Shown here piece after piece: positions 22,101 through 30,010 of a stretch of 64,000 bases of DNA. The DNA is from an uncultured Clostridia bacterium. GTDB lineage: Bacteria > Bacillota > Clostridia > Christensenellales > UBA1242. The notes below the pieces were generated by a model, which saw only the letters and a program-made list of their open reading frames with translations, was not told where the DNA came from and did no database searches. Within the stretch, counting starts at the first letter, position 1; each line of letters begins with the position of its first letter. Made by a program: the position numbers and the translations under genes. Location: assembly GCA_944383975.1 (NCBI GenBank), contig CALWRN010000049.1:4635-68634 (forward strand), given 5' to 3'.

Positions 22101-25100
22101 CCAATGAAGACTCTAAAGGATAAAATCTTACTTGTTGATTAAATCCCTTTAATGTATAAAGTCCACCCTTACTTAATTCAGAACCAAATGTATATTCATA
22201 TAAAATATCACTTAATTGTCCTGCTGTTATTTCATTGTAAATTCCAGCAAAATCACTTTCTTGTTCACTAGCAGCCTTTCTTGGCAATAATTCTTCAGGT
22301 TTAGTCAATGCGATTTCAAGAGTTTTATTGTCTTGAACTTTATCTCCATCATAAACAACATAGTCATAACCTATTGAAGAAATTATTAAAGGAACGTGTG
22401 CTGTTGCTAAAACTTTGTTTTCACCAGTTCCTAATGCAGTAAAGTTTATTGCCATAAATATTGAGCTGTCATTAAGTCCTGCTAAAAGACTTTTTTGTTT
22501 ATTTAAAATTACTGTAAGATTTTCGCCAGAACCATTTATTGTATAGTAACTTATATTATTTCCATTGTAATCTTGCATTGATGGTATAACATCAGAACTT
22601 CCAAGATTTCCAATTTTCCATGAGAAATAATCATCCATTCTATTCAAAACAAGATATTCTGTATCGCCAACTATTTGAGTAGTAGCTTTTGGAGGATTTT
22701 CAACATCCTTTAATGTAAATAATTCAGCAATAGATTGATATAAATTATCAATTAACTTAATTTTAACTTCTATTGTAGCCAAAACTATATCTTCTTGAGA
22801 ATTTGCAAGTTTTACATAAAGATTTGTTTTTAATTCGGTTTGATTATAGTCAAAGAAGAAATCTACATCTTTTCTTTGAACATTATTATTTGAATATGTA
22901 AGATAATCTGCAAATTCAAATTCAAGCGCTGTTGGATATGTATTTCCTTCAGTTTCGGTTTCAGTGTAACGATTTATTGATACAAATGTATCTAATGGTT
23001 CGTTTGAAGAAGTTAAAACATAGAAAGTTCCATTATTAGATGTAATTTTTAAATCTCTATAAATTTGGAAAGTTATATTTTGTTTTAAAGCAAAAGAATT
23101 TTCCCCTTCTGGACTAAAGTTAATTGTATAGTTAACCATCTCTTCTTCCCAGAAATCAGAAAATTTAATATAGCTTCCACTTCCCGTTACTGTAAATTCT
23201 GCAATGTAAGTACTTGGAATCTGATCATCTTGATAAGCAGTTGGAGTTCCTCCATTTTGAATGATATAGTATGTTCCTGGTGTATATAAAGTTTCAAAAC
23301 CATTGACAGAATCTTCATTGTTGTTTTTTACTGTGTTTATTATTGAAATATCGCTTGAAGCATATAGTGTTTCACCATTATTTGGATAATTTTCAGAAGA
23401 TATAGACAAGTTAGCCAAAATGTTAAAATTCAAAGCTGTATTTACTGCACCTGAATCATCACTTATGCTAAACTCAAGAGTTTGATTGCTTGCAAAGTTT
23501 TTATTGATTCTAATTCTATATATTTTAGCGCTTATAAGTGTGTTTCTTATATTATTCTCACTATAATCACCATTGAAAGTTATTTCCTTTGCATCTTCAG
23601 GACTTGTGCCTGTGTAAAGAGTCAACATTCCATTTCTTCCAAACATATCAACAATTTGGTTATCATCTAAAGCACTTCCCATAACATATTGTGTGCTAAA
23701 TGTGAAATAGAAGTTTGTATATTCATTATTTCCTATATAAAATTTGATTAAATCTTTTAAAGTAATATATTGATCGCCATTACCTTTTGCACCATATTTG
23801 CTTATTTCGGCTCTTGATACGTCTGTAATTAAGCTGTCACCACCTTCAGAAATTGTGCTATCGTAAGTAGAATTTGTTGTATTTACTCTCATTCCTGTTA
23901 TACCAGTAGAGGTAACAGTAAATTTTAAATATTGTCCTGCTTGTTCTTCATTAATTGTTGCGCTATTTTTATCACTTGATTGAATATATAATTCAATTTC
24001 TGCATTATCTGCATCTCTGAAAGAGAATGATTTTCCATCTGCGGAAATATTAATTACACTTGAATCGCCTGACTTAACAGCAAAGTTCCATTGACCTGCA
24101 AGAGTGTCTGTTCTTTGCTTTTGATCTGTTATAATTATATATTCTTCATTTTCACCTAATAAAGCAGTTATTAAACTGTTAATATCATTAAATTCTTTTA
24201 ATTCACCGTTTACAGTAAATTGTAAATTTGTCTTGAAAGAACCATTTTCTTCTAATGATTGAGAAACATTTATTGTTTCTGTTCCATTTATAACAGGTCC
24301 ATAAATATAATCACCGCCACCATTAATTAAAATAGATTGTGCTTTTGGACTATAAATACAGATGTTTTTATCTTCAGAGAATGTAAAATCCCATGTGATA
24401 TCTTTATTTTGATTATTGTTATATTGAAGAGCCATAAATCCTAAATAAAGTCCATTCTCTTCATTTATTGCTATGGCTTCATTGACCTTCAATCTATATT
24501 CAAGAATTCCTTGATCAGTTTCTCCGTCAATTGTGAAGTTTTCACTATCAATTAAGAAATTTGATGTAATATCATTGTTTTGCTTATCCTTAATAGTTAA
24601 GCTCATGAATCCTTTGTTATATTCATCTTCAAAAACTGGGACAGATTCAACATTTACTAAAAATCTTATTCCAAATGTTAAATCACTTCCTTGATCTATA
24701 GCAATTTCACCATCATTTTCTTGGAAGTTTGCTACGTCATATTCACCACTGACAACAGAGTCAGTATATAGTGCTTTTTCGCAATTTACATTAACATAAC
24801 CAGAGCACATTAATGCAATATCATATAACCCTTCTTGAGTAAATCCTTTATATGTTGCATAGTAAAGTCTAAAGCTTCCTGTATTTTGAAGAGTTAATCT
24901 ATCCCCTTCAATAGCAAATAGAAGTAAGTTGTCTGTATCTGTTGGATAAATTCCTGACCTATCATAATTATATCCAGTTCCTAAAACACTGTCTGCAGTT
25001 GCTTTTAATTCTTCTTTTGTTCCTTCACCAAAATATGCAAAAAATACAACATCTTTATAAATATTATCTTCTGGTATTTCTGGTAAATATGATAAAGTTA

Positions 25101-26643
25101 CATTTTGTGGGTTTATTGTTCCATCAGCATTATAATCAAGCATTATGTTTATATCTGCTTGATTTGCCCAACCAAGAGGTTTCTCTTCTGTTGAAACAAC
25201 AGTAAGTTTAACATTATATTTTAAAGCTTCCCCTGAAAGTTCAAAAAGAGATGGACCATCTTCTGTATTTACAATTAAAACTACAGAGATTTGAACTTCT
25301 TGTTCTTCTGATGCATTTATATCCCAATAAGCATAGTTTAAATTTGAAACACTTGTATTTGGTTTATAATATCTTACTCCATCAATATCAATATATTCGC
25401 TTCCATTAACTCTAATAGTTGCATTAATATCTTGTGTAGGATCTTGTCCTAAATAATCAAATGATATTGCAACATTTGCAAGCATACCTTCAAGAAGTGC
25501 TCCAGATGTTGAATAAACATTAACTCCGAAGAATTTGCTGTTTTCAACATAATTATTTCTTGACATATAAATTCTTGTTGATTGATTTTGAATTGCACTT
25601 AATTCTTGTGTTGTAACAGTGAAGTTACCTATGCTTGCCTCTCCTATTTTTATTGTCACATTAGATGAAATATTTTTATCTAAGTTTTGTGCAAGGTAAA
25701 CAAGCATTGCGTTATAAAATTCTGTATCACCATAATCGGCAAGGTTTTCTTCATATTCAATTTGAGTTGTTGAATTTTTAAATGTATAACCATTTATTTC
25801 AACACTATCTATAGTTTCATTTCCTGCAACAAAGTGCATATCATATTTTCCATCATATGCAGGAGTTATTGCATTGTTTGCATTCTTTGCTTCGTAAAAA
25901 GATTTTTTAAGTCTCTTATTTTCACTAGTGATCGCATCATTTAAGTCATCACTATACATATACTCACTCTTTGCTGGAATGAATTTTGTTTTTAATGTGA
26001 ATGCTTCGCCAGTAACAACTTGATTTGTAAGTTCTCCATTAGAATTATAAACTTCAATTTCAGTTTTATAAACAGGAACATCAACTGCAATTTGAATTCG
26101 TGTTGTTCCAATTAAGTTATACTCACTGGTTGCAACTAAAGTAGAAATTCCACCTTTAATCCAATCTATTCTTTGATTATTATCATCAAGTAAATATTCA
26201 CCATCCTCATCTTTTAAATATTCAGTCAATAAGTGAACTGTAAAAGGTTCTCCTATTGTTACCACTTGAGGAACTTGAATTATTGTATTTGATATGTATC
26301 CATTATCTGTTGTTATAGGAAGATTCCCTGAGAAAGAAAGCGTTACTTTATTTTTTGTTACACCTTCTGTAGGTGAAACGATAGTAAGCGTAAAATCTTC
26401 TGTTATTTCAAGTTGATTATTGTTTGGTTTAAATTGATCTGAATCGTATGAAAAAGATATACTTTCAGGATTTACAATTTTTTCATTAAATCCACCTGCC
26501 AAGTAAACTCCAAGCACTGTTACACCTACAACAGCGACTATACCAGAAATAACAGAAACAATGGTCTTCCATACAGCCCATTTTTTCTTACCTAATCCGG
26601 CCTCATTTTTTTCAACTTTTTTCGCTTTCTTATCTTTCTTCAT
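16174..26643 (-). CDS. Giant (3489 aa) N-terminally membrane-anchored surface protein, adhesin-like
   Basis: Single uninterrupted 10.47-kb ORF. It starts with a Lys-rich tail MKKDKKAKKVEKNEAGLGKKK, then one TM helix WAVWKTIVSVISGIVAVVGVTVLGVYLAGG. The remaining ~3430 aa are N/T/S/Y/I-rich and beta-strand-like. RBS AGAGGTG. No LPXTG or C-terminal TM segment. Confidence 0.8.
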   Translation of the reverse strand: MKKDKKAKKVEKNEAGLGKKKWAVWKTIVSVISGIVAVVGVTVLGVYLAGGFNEKIVNPESISFSYDSDQFKPNNNQLEITEDFTLTIVSPTEGVTKNKVTLSFSGNLPITTDNGYISNTIIQVPQVVTIGEPFTVHLLTEYLKDEDGEYLLDDNNQRIDWIKGGISTLVATSEYNLIGTTRIQIAVDVPVYKTEIEVYNSNGELTNQVVTGEAFTLKTKFIPAKSEYMYSDDLNDAITSENKRLKKSFYEAKNANNAITPAYDGKYDMHFVAGNETIDSVEINGYTFKNSTTQIEYEENLADYGDTEFYNAMLVYLAQNLDKNISSNVTIKIGEASIGNFTVTTQELSAIQNQSTRIYMSRNNYVENSKFFGVNVYSTSGALLEGMLANVAISFDYLGQDPTQDINATIRVNGSEYIDIDGVRYYKPNTSVSNLNYAYWDINASEEQEVQISVVLIVNTEDGPSLFELSGEALKYNVKLTVVSTEEKPLGWANQADINIMLDYNADGTINPQNVTLSYLPEIPEDNIYKDVVFFAYFGEGTKEELKATADSVLGTGYNYDRSGIYPTDTDNLLLFAIEGDRLTLQNTGSFRLYYATYKGFTQEGLYDIALMCSGYVNVNCEKALYTDSVVSGEYDVANFQENDGEIAIDQGSDLTFGIRFLVNVESVPVFEDEYNKGFMSLTIKDKQNNDITSNFLIDSENFTIDGETDQGILEYRLKVNEAIAINEENGLYLGFMALQYNNNQNKDITWDFTFSEDKNICIYSPKAQSILINGGGDYIYGPVINGTETINVSQSLEENGSFKTNLQFTVNGELKEFNDINSLITALLGENEEYIIITDQKQRTDTLAGQWNFAVKSGDSSVINISADGKSFSFRDADNAEIELYIQSSDKNSATINEEQAGQYLKFTVTSTGITGMRVNTTNSTYDSTISEGGDSLITDVSRAEISKYGAKGNGDQYITLKDLIKFYIGNNEYTNFYFTFSTQYVMGSALDDNQIVDMFGRNGMLTLYTGTSPEDAKEITFNGDYSENNIRNTLISAKIYRIRINKNFASNQTLEFSISDDSGAVNTALNFNILANLSISSENYPNNGETLYASSDISIINTVKNNNEDSVNGFETLYTPGTYYIIQNGGTPTAYQDDQIPSTYIAEFTVTGSGSYIKFSDFWEEEMVNYTINFSPEGENSFALKQNITFQIYRDLKITSNNGTFYVLTSSNEPLDTFVSINRYTETETEGNTYPTALEFEFADYLTYSNNNVQRKDVDFFFDYNQTELKTNLYVKLANSQEDIVLATIEVKIKLIDNLYQSIAELFTLKDVENPPKATTQIVGDTEYLVLNRMDDYFSWKIGNLGSSDVIPSMQDYNGNNISYYTINGSGENLTVILNKQKSLLAGLNDSSIFMAINFTALGTGENKVLATAHVPLIISSIGYDYVVYDGDKVQDNKTLEIALTKPEELLPRKAASEQESDFAGIYNEITAGQLSDILYEYTFGSELSKGGLYTLKGFNQQVRFYPLESSLALSDEGLIKAIKIDKNENNESYGSITLNHLASGIGDYYLALEYTIISSDDLSQTFYYLLKVVPDVNVEDSLYAYNGSAEHLITNVNTQGQIDLDKVYGDTTLHSGYKRFNVSKNLNLIDSLTDLKIEKSSDYAVIEFSYNINSKDYTKELIISNDNVTLNGEKIDLPNGIFDLNRLAEEVQVEGQGAVNTLPSSINILIKEGQVNIYYGTKENETDNLVFSTLNYVNEVESVTIESEEFHNNEWAGYVDLSFSSNYSTFYYTPKTTSSITVVIKHTYQGGILDNQLSVVGGVQYYTLVINDDTTNYTIRFKEEDKDVQVTNNYIWNLENRDGSDSLKATKTLSIDLISNSTGSSQTGTVVRNKANVVLTKGTLGENNDIKSYSYNSSTGIFTLTLNEYIDSDRTIEFAVYTDLGYLATLTVNIKANASFTAKLNTLNGGTEYVFGDLFDISLNDNTPDFIIEQVLSGDGSQYVKCDNTGNSIIIADLLEDKTLTIDYTLKFTDAGIENGKQFKFSYTFTLKSNIIKRNNVTSDVLTIAGENHQIVLEDLYDVVGGGAKSDETTITLSASSSSPAFNGLTGESVSTNYVSTKGTVDIDLTVSFGFNNGQQSVYQTYVVRYSFTVYPSVELSTNYPKPNSTYNEEREYVGNETVFDNVLTKFFMHNPIFANVTLADTDINSYTRIYIKSAEKNGNVISYNTHIVNPDIENVSIIISKLSNASLSYIENGETSEIFAEVNSQVPSNSKITFHRGVYNSNTSSFTDNGQDSVVTFTLIYQEVSMTYNVYVINNPLSVRVNNASNNTSTGVYTGATVGYEKIYVDATSTKGLFDQYRMANVQMSGTMQSYSNQYYLIFKDKASNYKVSYPIYFRADDQGKNLNIDLGVSMKGYDFVGAYLTSSLSNNGNLLISNNQLSTASVDVNIEDELNKIGNSKNNLFDAGTITLINRVQLIYGNNVIVDYDYFVDDILTNTTNEETQTSSFDIDIKNENNLVYDVDVIAGVNPLSEFSKNDGSSINTVPFSAIYYFKPTIDIEVDAQITKAGFLTNLEVNKEYDSVVELFGIRHPTNNKLLNSSEFTSDDITLNMEILEYPGSDAINDSGVIEILNSYIDSYGITNSKFTNIAPGNANEQYLSFSKQEITVSSQESAGEKKYTYDYTLLPLGAKNQGDYELIRFVYSNAGFTKEFYVVVKIMPDFSVKYGGSEGNAKDEGTFVSNIDSIYTISSMPNEGNNNVYSAFTLLGENGHLSIKHRNGDNTNNELSTKFKLTMSLNENIDSIVYNNDTNVSQKLMSKGSEESNSIENLYDQGWTTDKGSLPKWGESIGETILNGYSYLNLDNSNNTLTFTNIPIVIFGTQYFMIEGTDIYNYKFRLYFCLQPPQGYTTPSSIQDTIKLTELEYFDIGAQYESLEIQKTTDKEEDKNIQIVSTPGSPSSTDNVKLIELQGIKAWVFAYDYADADNADKNFLTAKAEGGYDVKEDYIMDSAGDKYLSINNLMLKYITVEGVDFYDPENPTEKLSTTLQPTKQSTAPQEANGYHLATARAGIQGYYNGMSENELRGIYTNPEQQGSSTTEDEQKEFYKPFQVPRFINTDIFANSNTANITMVITLKYNDGNTIEYYDCPINVELIREITITEKESILVDGSLNGSSVSTGFTITSSGSEDEDITPTFVNDTLEVMVDRNSSSTFELELTRDNQKIASTSVTVSNTGTNFNKTYYISLSQYFGINVHENDIVTIKEKTDGSRYNATFYYMTGAASTVFKYSPDLPSGGGNLTNMTDGSVNKFKIGIITHDAAYIDDASMLDPKMYYTITKYYIINIELGGNTYTYRKSKLYYVTGIYYQLSREYTTEIAYELNVPEENNADSLNTGISGWFKFEQTYPIYLQNATVNSGIVKANGYKDGDANYLKFSIDPSLGASGKASINDSGTISINQDFGKDEYIKVNIYMAVSGNDRALGSGYNDDATYILLGSVRLGLER

Positions 26644-27058
26644 TTAAGACACCTCTTTTCTTAAATTATCTTACAAAACAATTATAGATTTTTGTTGCAA
26701 AAAAGGCAAATAATTTTCGCTTTTTGTCGGCTATATATTATAAATGTATTATAAATATAATAATATTATAAATATTAACTATAAAAATATTACATTAAAA
26801 AATATTTTAAAATATTTATTAATTAAATAAAAATTAATTAAAAAAAATATAAAAAATATATAAAAAACACAAAAAATTCAATAAAATAATATTAATTTAT
26901 TCATTTTTTAATTAATTTTAATAAAAATGATATTAATTTATTTTTATTTGATATTTTTTATTTTTTCTTTTTCATAAATGATTACATATTTTGTTTTCAC
27001 TATTTTTATTGACTTTAATTGGTTTTTCATTTATACTTTTACAGAAAAAGGAGAAAAA

Positions 27059-28648
27059 ATGATACAAGCAATAAACATATCATTAGCTTTTGGTGGAAGA
27101 ATCCTTTATAAAGATGTAAATTTAAAATTCACAAAAGGAAACTGCTATGGAATAATTGGTGCTAATGGTGCAGGTAAATCTACATTTTTAAAAATTCTTA
27201 CTGGAGAAATTGAACCTAACACAGGCGAAATTTTTATCACACCCGGCGAAAGAATGTCTGTTTTGGCACAAAATCAAAATGCTTATGATAATGAAACAGT
27301 TTTAGACACGGTTCTTCTTGGTCATAAAAGATTAATGGAAGTTCAAAAAGAAAAAGATGCTTTATATATGAAACCAGATTTTAGCGAAGAAGATGGAATT
27401 CGTGCTGGCGAACTTGAAACTGAATTTGCCGAACTTGGTGGATGGGAAGCTGAATCAGAAGCAAAGCAACTTTTACAGAGTTTAGGAATTGATGAATCTT
27501 GTTTTTATACATTAATGAAAGATATAGACCCTAAAGTAAAAGTAAAAATACTTCTTGCACAGGCACTGTTTGGAAACCCAGATATTCTAGTTCTAGATGA
27601 GCCTACAAACAACCTTGATTTTAAAACTGTAAGATGGCTTGAAGATTTCCTTCTCAATTTTGAGAACTGCGTTATAATAGTTTCTCACAATAGACACTTT
27701 TTAAATAAAGTCTGCACTCATATATGTGATGTTGATTATGGAAAAATTAATATGTTTATTGGAAACTATGACTTTTGGTATGAGTCAAGTCAATTAATTT
27801 TAAGACAAATGAAAGACCAAAACAAAAAGGCTGAACAAAGAGCAAAAGAGTTAAAAGATTTCATTGCCCGTTTCTCTGCAAATGCATCAAAATCAAAACA
27901 AGCAACAAGCCGTAAGAGAGAACTTGAAAAATTGACTATAGAAGACATAAAACCTTCTTCAAGAAAATACCCATATATCAACTTTGAATACACTCAAGAA
28001 ATAGGAAAGGAAATATTAAAAGTAGATCATTTGACAAAAGCTGGAATGTTTAAAAATTTAACTTTTAACGTAGAAAAAGGACAAAAAATCGCAATTTTTG
28101 CAAAAAATAATCAAATTATCACCACTTTATTTAATATTATCCTAGGAAAAGAAAAAGCTGACCATGGCCAAGTATTTATTGGTAAAACAATAAAAATAAC
28201 TAATTTGCCACAAAATAATGATAAATATTTTGAAGGAAACACAAGTTCTATTGTTGATTGGCTTAGACAATTTTCTAAAGATCAAAACGAAACATATATA
28301 AGAAGTTGGCTTGGAAGAATGCTTTTTACAGGTGAAGAAAATCTTAAACCTGCAAATGTTCTATCTGGTGGAGAGCGTGTAAGATGTATGCTTGCAAAAA
28401 TGATGCTTGAACAAGGAAACCTCCTACTTCTTGATGAACCAACAAACCACCTTGATCTTGAAAGTATAACTGCACTAAACAAAGGTATGCAAAACTTTAG
28501 AGGAAATATTTTGTTTTCAACTCATGACCAAGAAATTATTGAGACAGTTGCAAATAGAATTATTGACATAGTTGACGAAGATAAAATTATTGATTTCACT
28601 GGAACTTACGAAGAATATTTAGAATATTTAGATAAAAAATCTAAATAA
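27059..28648 (+). CDS. ABC-F family ATPase (two ABC domains, no TM domain; translation-factor type)
   Basis: Walker A motifs are GANGAGKST and, in the second half, a degenerate one. Signatures are LSGGERVRCMLAKMM and LVLDEPTNNLD/LLLDEPTNHLD, with a K/E-rich inter-domain linker. The true start is the ATG at 27059 (MIQAINIS), after AAAGGAG. Confidence 0.88.
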   Translation: MIQAINISLAFGGRILYKDVNLKFTKGNCYGIIGANGAGKSTFLKILTGEIEPNTGEIFITPGERMSVLAQNQNAYDNETVLDTVLLGHKRLMEVQKEKDALYMKPDFSEEDGIRAGELETEFAELGGWEAESEAKQLLQSLGIDESCFYTLMKDIDPKVKVKILLAQALFGNPDILVLDEPTNNLDFKTVRWLEDFLLNFENCVIIVSHNRHFLNKVCTHICDVDYGKINMFIGNYDFWYESSQLILRQMKDQNKKAEQRAKELKDFIARFSANASKSKQATSRKRELEKLTIEDIKPSSRKYPYINFEYTQEIGKEILKVDHLTKAGMFKNLTFNVEKGQKIAIFAKNNQIITTLFNIILGKEKADHGQVFIGKTIKITNLPQNNDKYFEGNTSSIVDWLRQFSKDQNETYIRSWLGRMLFTGEENLKPANVLSGGERVRCMLAKMMLEQGNLLLLDEPTNHLDLESITALNKGMQNFRGNILFSTHDQEIIETVANRIIDIVDEDKIIDFTGTYEEYLEYLDKKSK

Positions 28649-28650
28649 AA

Positions 28651-28681
28651 AAATAGGATTTCTTATAAATCCTATTTTTTA
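28651..28681 (+). terminator. Rho-independent terminator after the ABC-F gene
   Basis: AATAGGATTT-cttat-AAATCCTATT followed by T-run. Confidence 0.7.
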
Positions 28682-28790
28682 TATGTCATATTTGATTTTT
28701 TCATAGAAAAATAAAGCTTATTTTATAAATTATTAAATATTTTTTTCTATTAATGATTACACTATTTCTATAACATTTTATAAATATCTC

Positions 28791-28823
28791 AAAAAAAAAG
28801 ACACCCAATTAGGTGTCTTTTAA
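28791..28823 (-). terminator. Rho-independent terminator after the 241-aa gene
   Basis: AAGACACC-caatta-GGTGTCTT flanked by A9 and T-run. Confidence 0.65.
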
Positions 28824-28843
28824 ATTATTTAATTATTAATATA

Positions 28844-29569
28844 TTATTCATTTTCAGTTTCAGTTTCAACAAACATATCTTTATCTTGCTTTGCAACAAC
28901 TGCGTCTGTAAGAACATCTAATGAATCTTTCATATATGCAAGTCTTGCATCAGTAAGTTCATGTCCATTATGAAGAGGCTTATACTCATCAATAATTCCT
29001 GGCATAGCTGCTCTTAAATCTTCTTTAGTATCAATTTTATGTGCTTGTTTAAATTTCATTACAGATCTATTGTAAGCTTCTTTTATCTCTGGAGATGGAA
29101 CGAAAGCACCATAAGCTTCTTTTCCCATTTTTCCTGCATCTATACCCATAGTCTTTAAGAATGGTGCTAAGAACATAAGGTCTTTTGCAACTTCATCAAT
29201 ACCAATAAGTTGTGTAGGCAAATGTTGGAAAATCTGTTTTTTGCTTTTATCTGGATTTCCTCTATCATATTTTTTAGTATTTCCTTCAACCCATTTATTG
29301 TGAATGTTAACAATAATATCTACTATTGCATCATACTTCTTTGGACCTTTTAATTCGTCCATATGTTTTGTGATTCCGTTTAAAGAAGCTACAACTGAGT
29401 CATTTGCATAAACTGATTTATCAAGTTCATCATAAACAGCTTTAGGATCTTTATTATTTTTTTCAAATAAATCATCAACAATAGCTTCTGCTTCTTCCAT
29501 TGTTTTTCCATTCCAAGCAACCATAGCATACATTTGTGCTTGAATATCTGGTGTAACTTTATATTTCAT
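28844..29569 (-). CDS. Hypothetical soluble protein
   Basis: 241-aa ORF with a strong RBS (AGGAGGGG, 5 nt before the ATG) and its own terminator. No family recognised. Confidence 0.6.
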   Translation of the reverse strand: MKYKVTPDIQAQMYAMVAWNGKTMEEAEAIVDDLFEKNNKDPKAVYDELDKSVYANDSVVASLNGITKHMDELKGPKKYDAIVDIIVNIHNKWVEGNTKKYDRGNPDKSKKQIFQHLPTQLIGIDEVAKDLMFLAPFLKTMGIDAGKMGKEAYGAFVPSPEIKEAYNRSVMKFKQAHKIDTKEDLRAAMPGIIDEYKPLHNGHELTDARLAYMKDSLDVLTDAVVAKQDKDMFVETETENE

Positions 29570-29744
29570 ATTCCCCTCCTAAATTACTTACATATATTTT
29601 ATCACTTTCAACTAAAAAAGTCAATATTCAACTTAAATATTAATGTGTATTTTTTTTATAAACTATAAAAGGTAAAATTCACTATCATAATTATACAATT
29701 TTATATAAAATTAAGATAAAAAATAATCATATTTCTATTTTTAG

Positions 29745-29772
29745 TTGACTTTTTTATTTCATTCTCTATAAT
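29745..29772 (+). promoter_or_regulatory. Sigma-A type promoter of the glyQS leader
   Basis: TTGACT (29745-29750), 16-nt spacer, TATAAT (29767-29772). The predicted TSS is ~29780. Confidence 0.6.
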
Positions 29773-29779
29773 TATAGAT

Positions 29780-29918
29780 AGCAATGAAGGAATTGGCAAC
29801 TCCCGAGCAAACGCCTGTCTGCGTAACGACACATAAAAAGGTGCTTTTTAAGCATAAATTAGGGTGGAACAGCGAACAAACTCGCCCCTATGTGATATTT
29901 TCACATAGGCTTTTTTTA
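29780..29918 (+). promoter_or_regulatory. T-box riboswitch leader (glycine, GGC specifier) with intrinsic terminator
   Basis: T-box sequence AAATTAGGGTGGAACAGCG lies at 29858-29876, with a UGGA bulge. The terminator is CCTATGTGA-tatttt-TCACATAGG plus T7 (29887-29917). Its 5' strand CCCTA can alternatively pair with TAGGG of the T-box. GGC followed by A is at 29795-29798. The leader starts with a K-turn-like GCAATGA and has CGAGCA on the return side. Confidence 0.8.
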
Positions 29919-30010
29919 TTTTAAAACCACTTTCATTTATTTAATTAATACCATATTATTAATAGACCTTTTGAATTTGCCAAATTCTTTCACAATATAA
30001 GGAGATTATT

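Noticed and set aside
26745-26977. The AT-rich intergenic blocks interpreted as a CRISPR array or minisatellite.
   Set aside because: There is no regular repeat-spacer periodicity and no unit longer than ~11 nt. Only low-complexity A/T words are present, and there are no cas genes in the window.
26978-27058. A 27-codon N-terminal extension of the ABC-F ORF (MITYFVFTIFIDFNWFFIYTFTEKGEK).
   Set aside because: The conserved ABC-F N-terminus starts at MIQAINIS (27059), with a good AAAGGAG RBS. The extension is AT-rich promoter-region sequence read in frame. The same logic was applied to trim the helicase, ZIP, recombinase A, YolD, the 222-aa orphan, the FtsL-like gene, nrdG and uvrA.
29700-29779. 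A canonical long Stem I for the glyQS T-box located upstream of the proposed promoter.
   Set aside because: The sequence there is almost pure A/T and lacks AG-bulge or distal-loop motifs. The TTGACT-16-TATAAT promoter also places the K-turn-like GCAATGA at the very 5' end, as in canonical leaders. This is kept as the main alternative to be tested.
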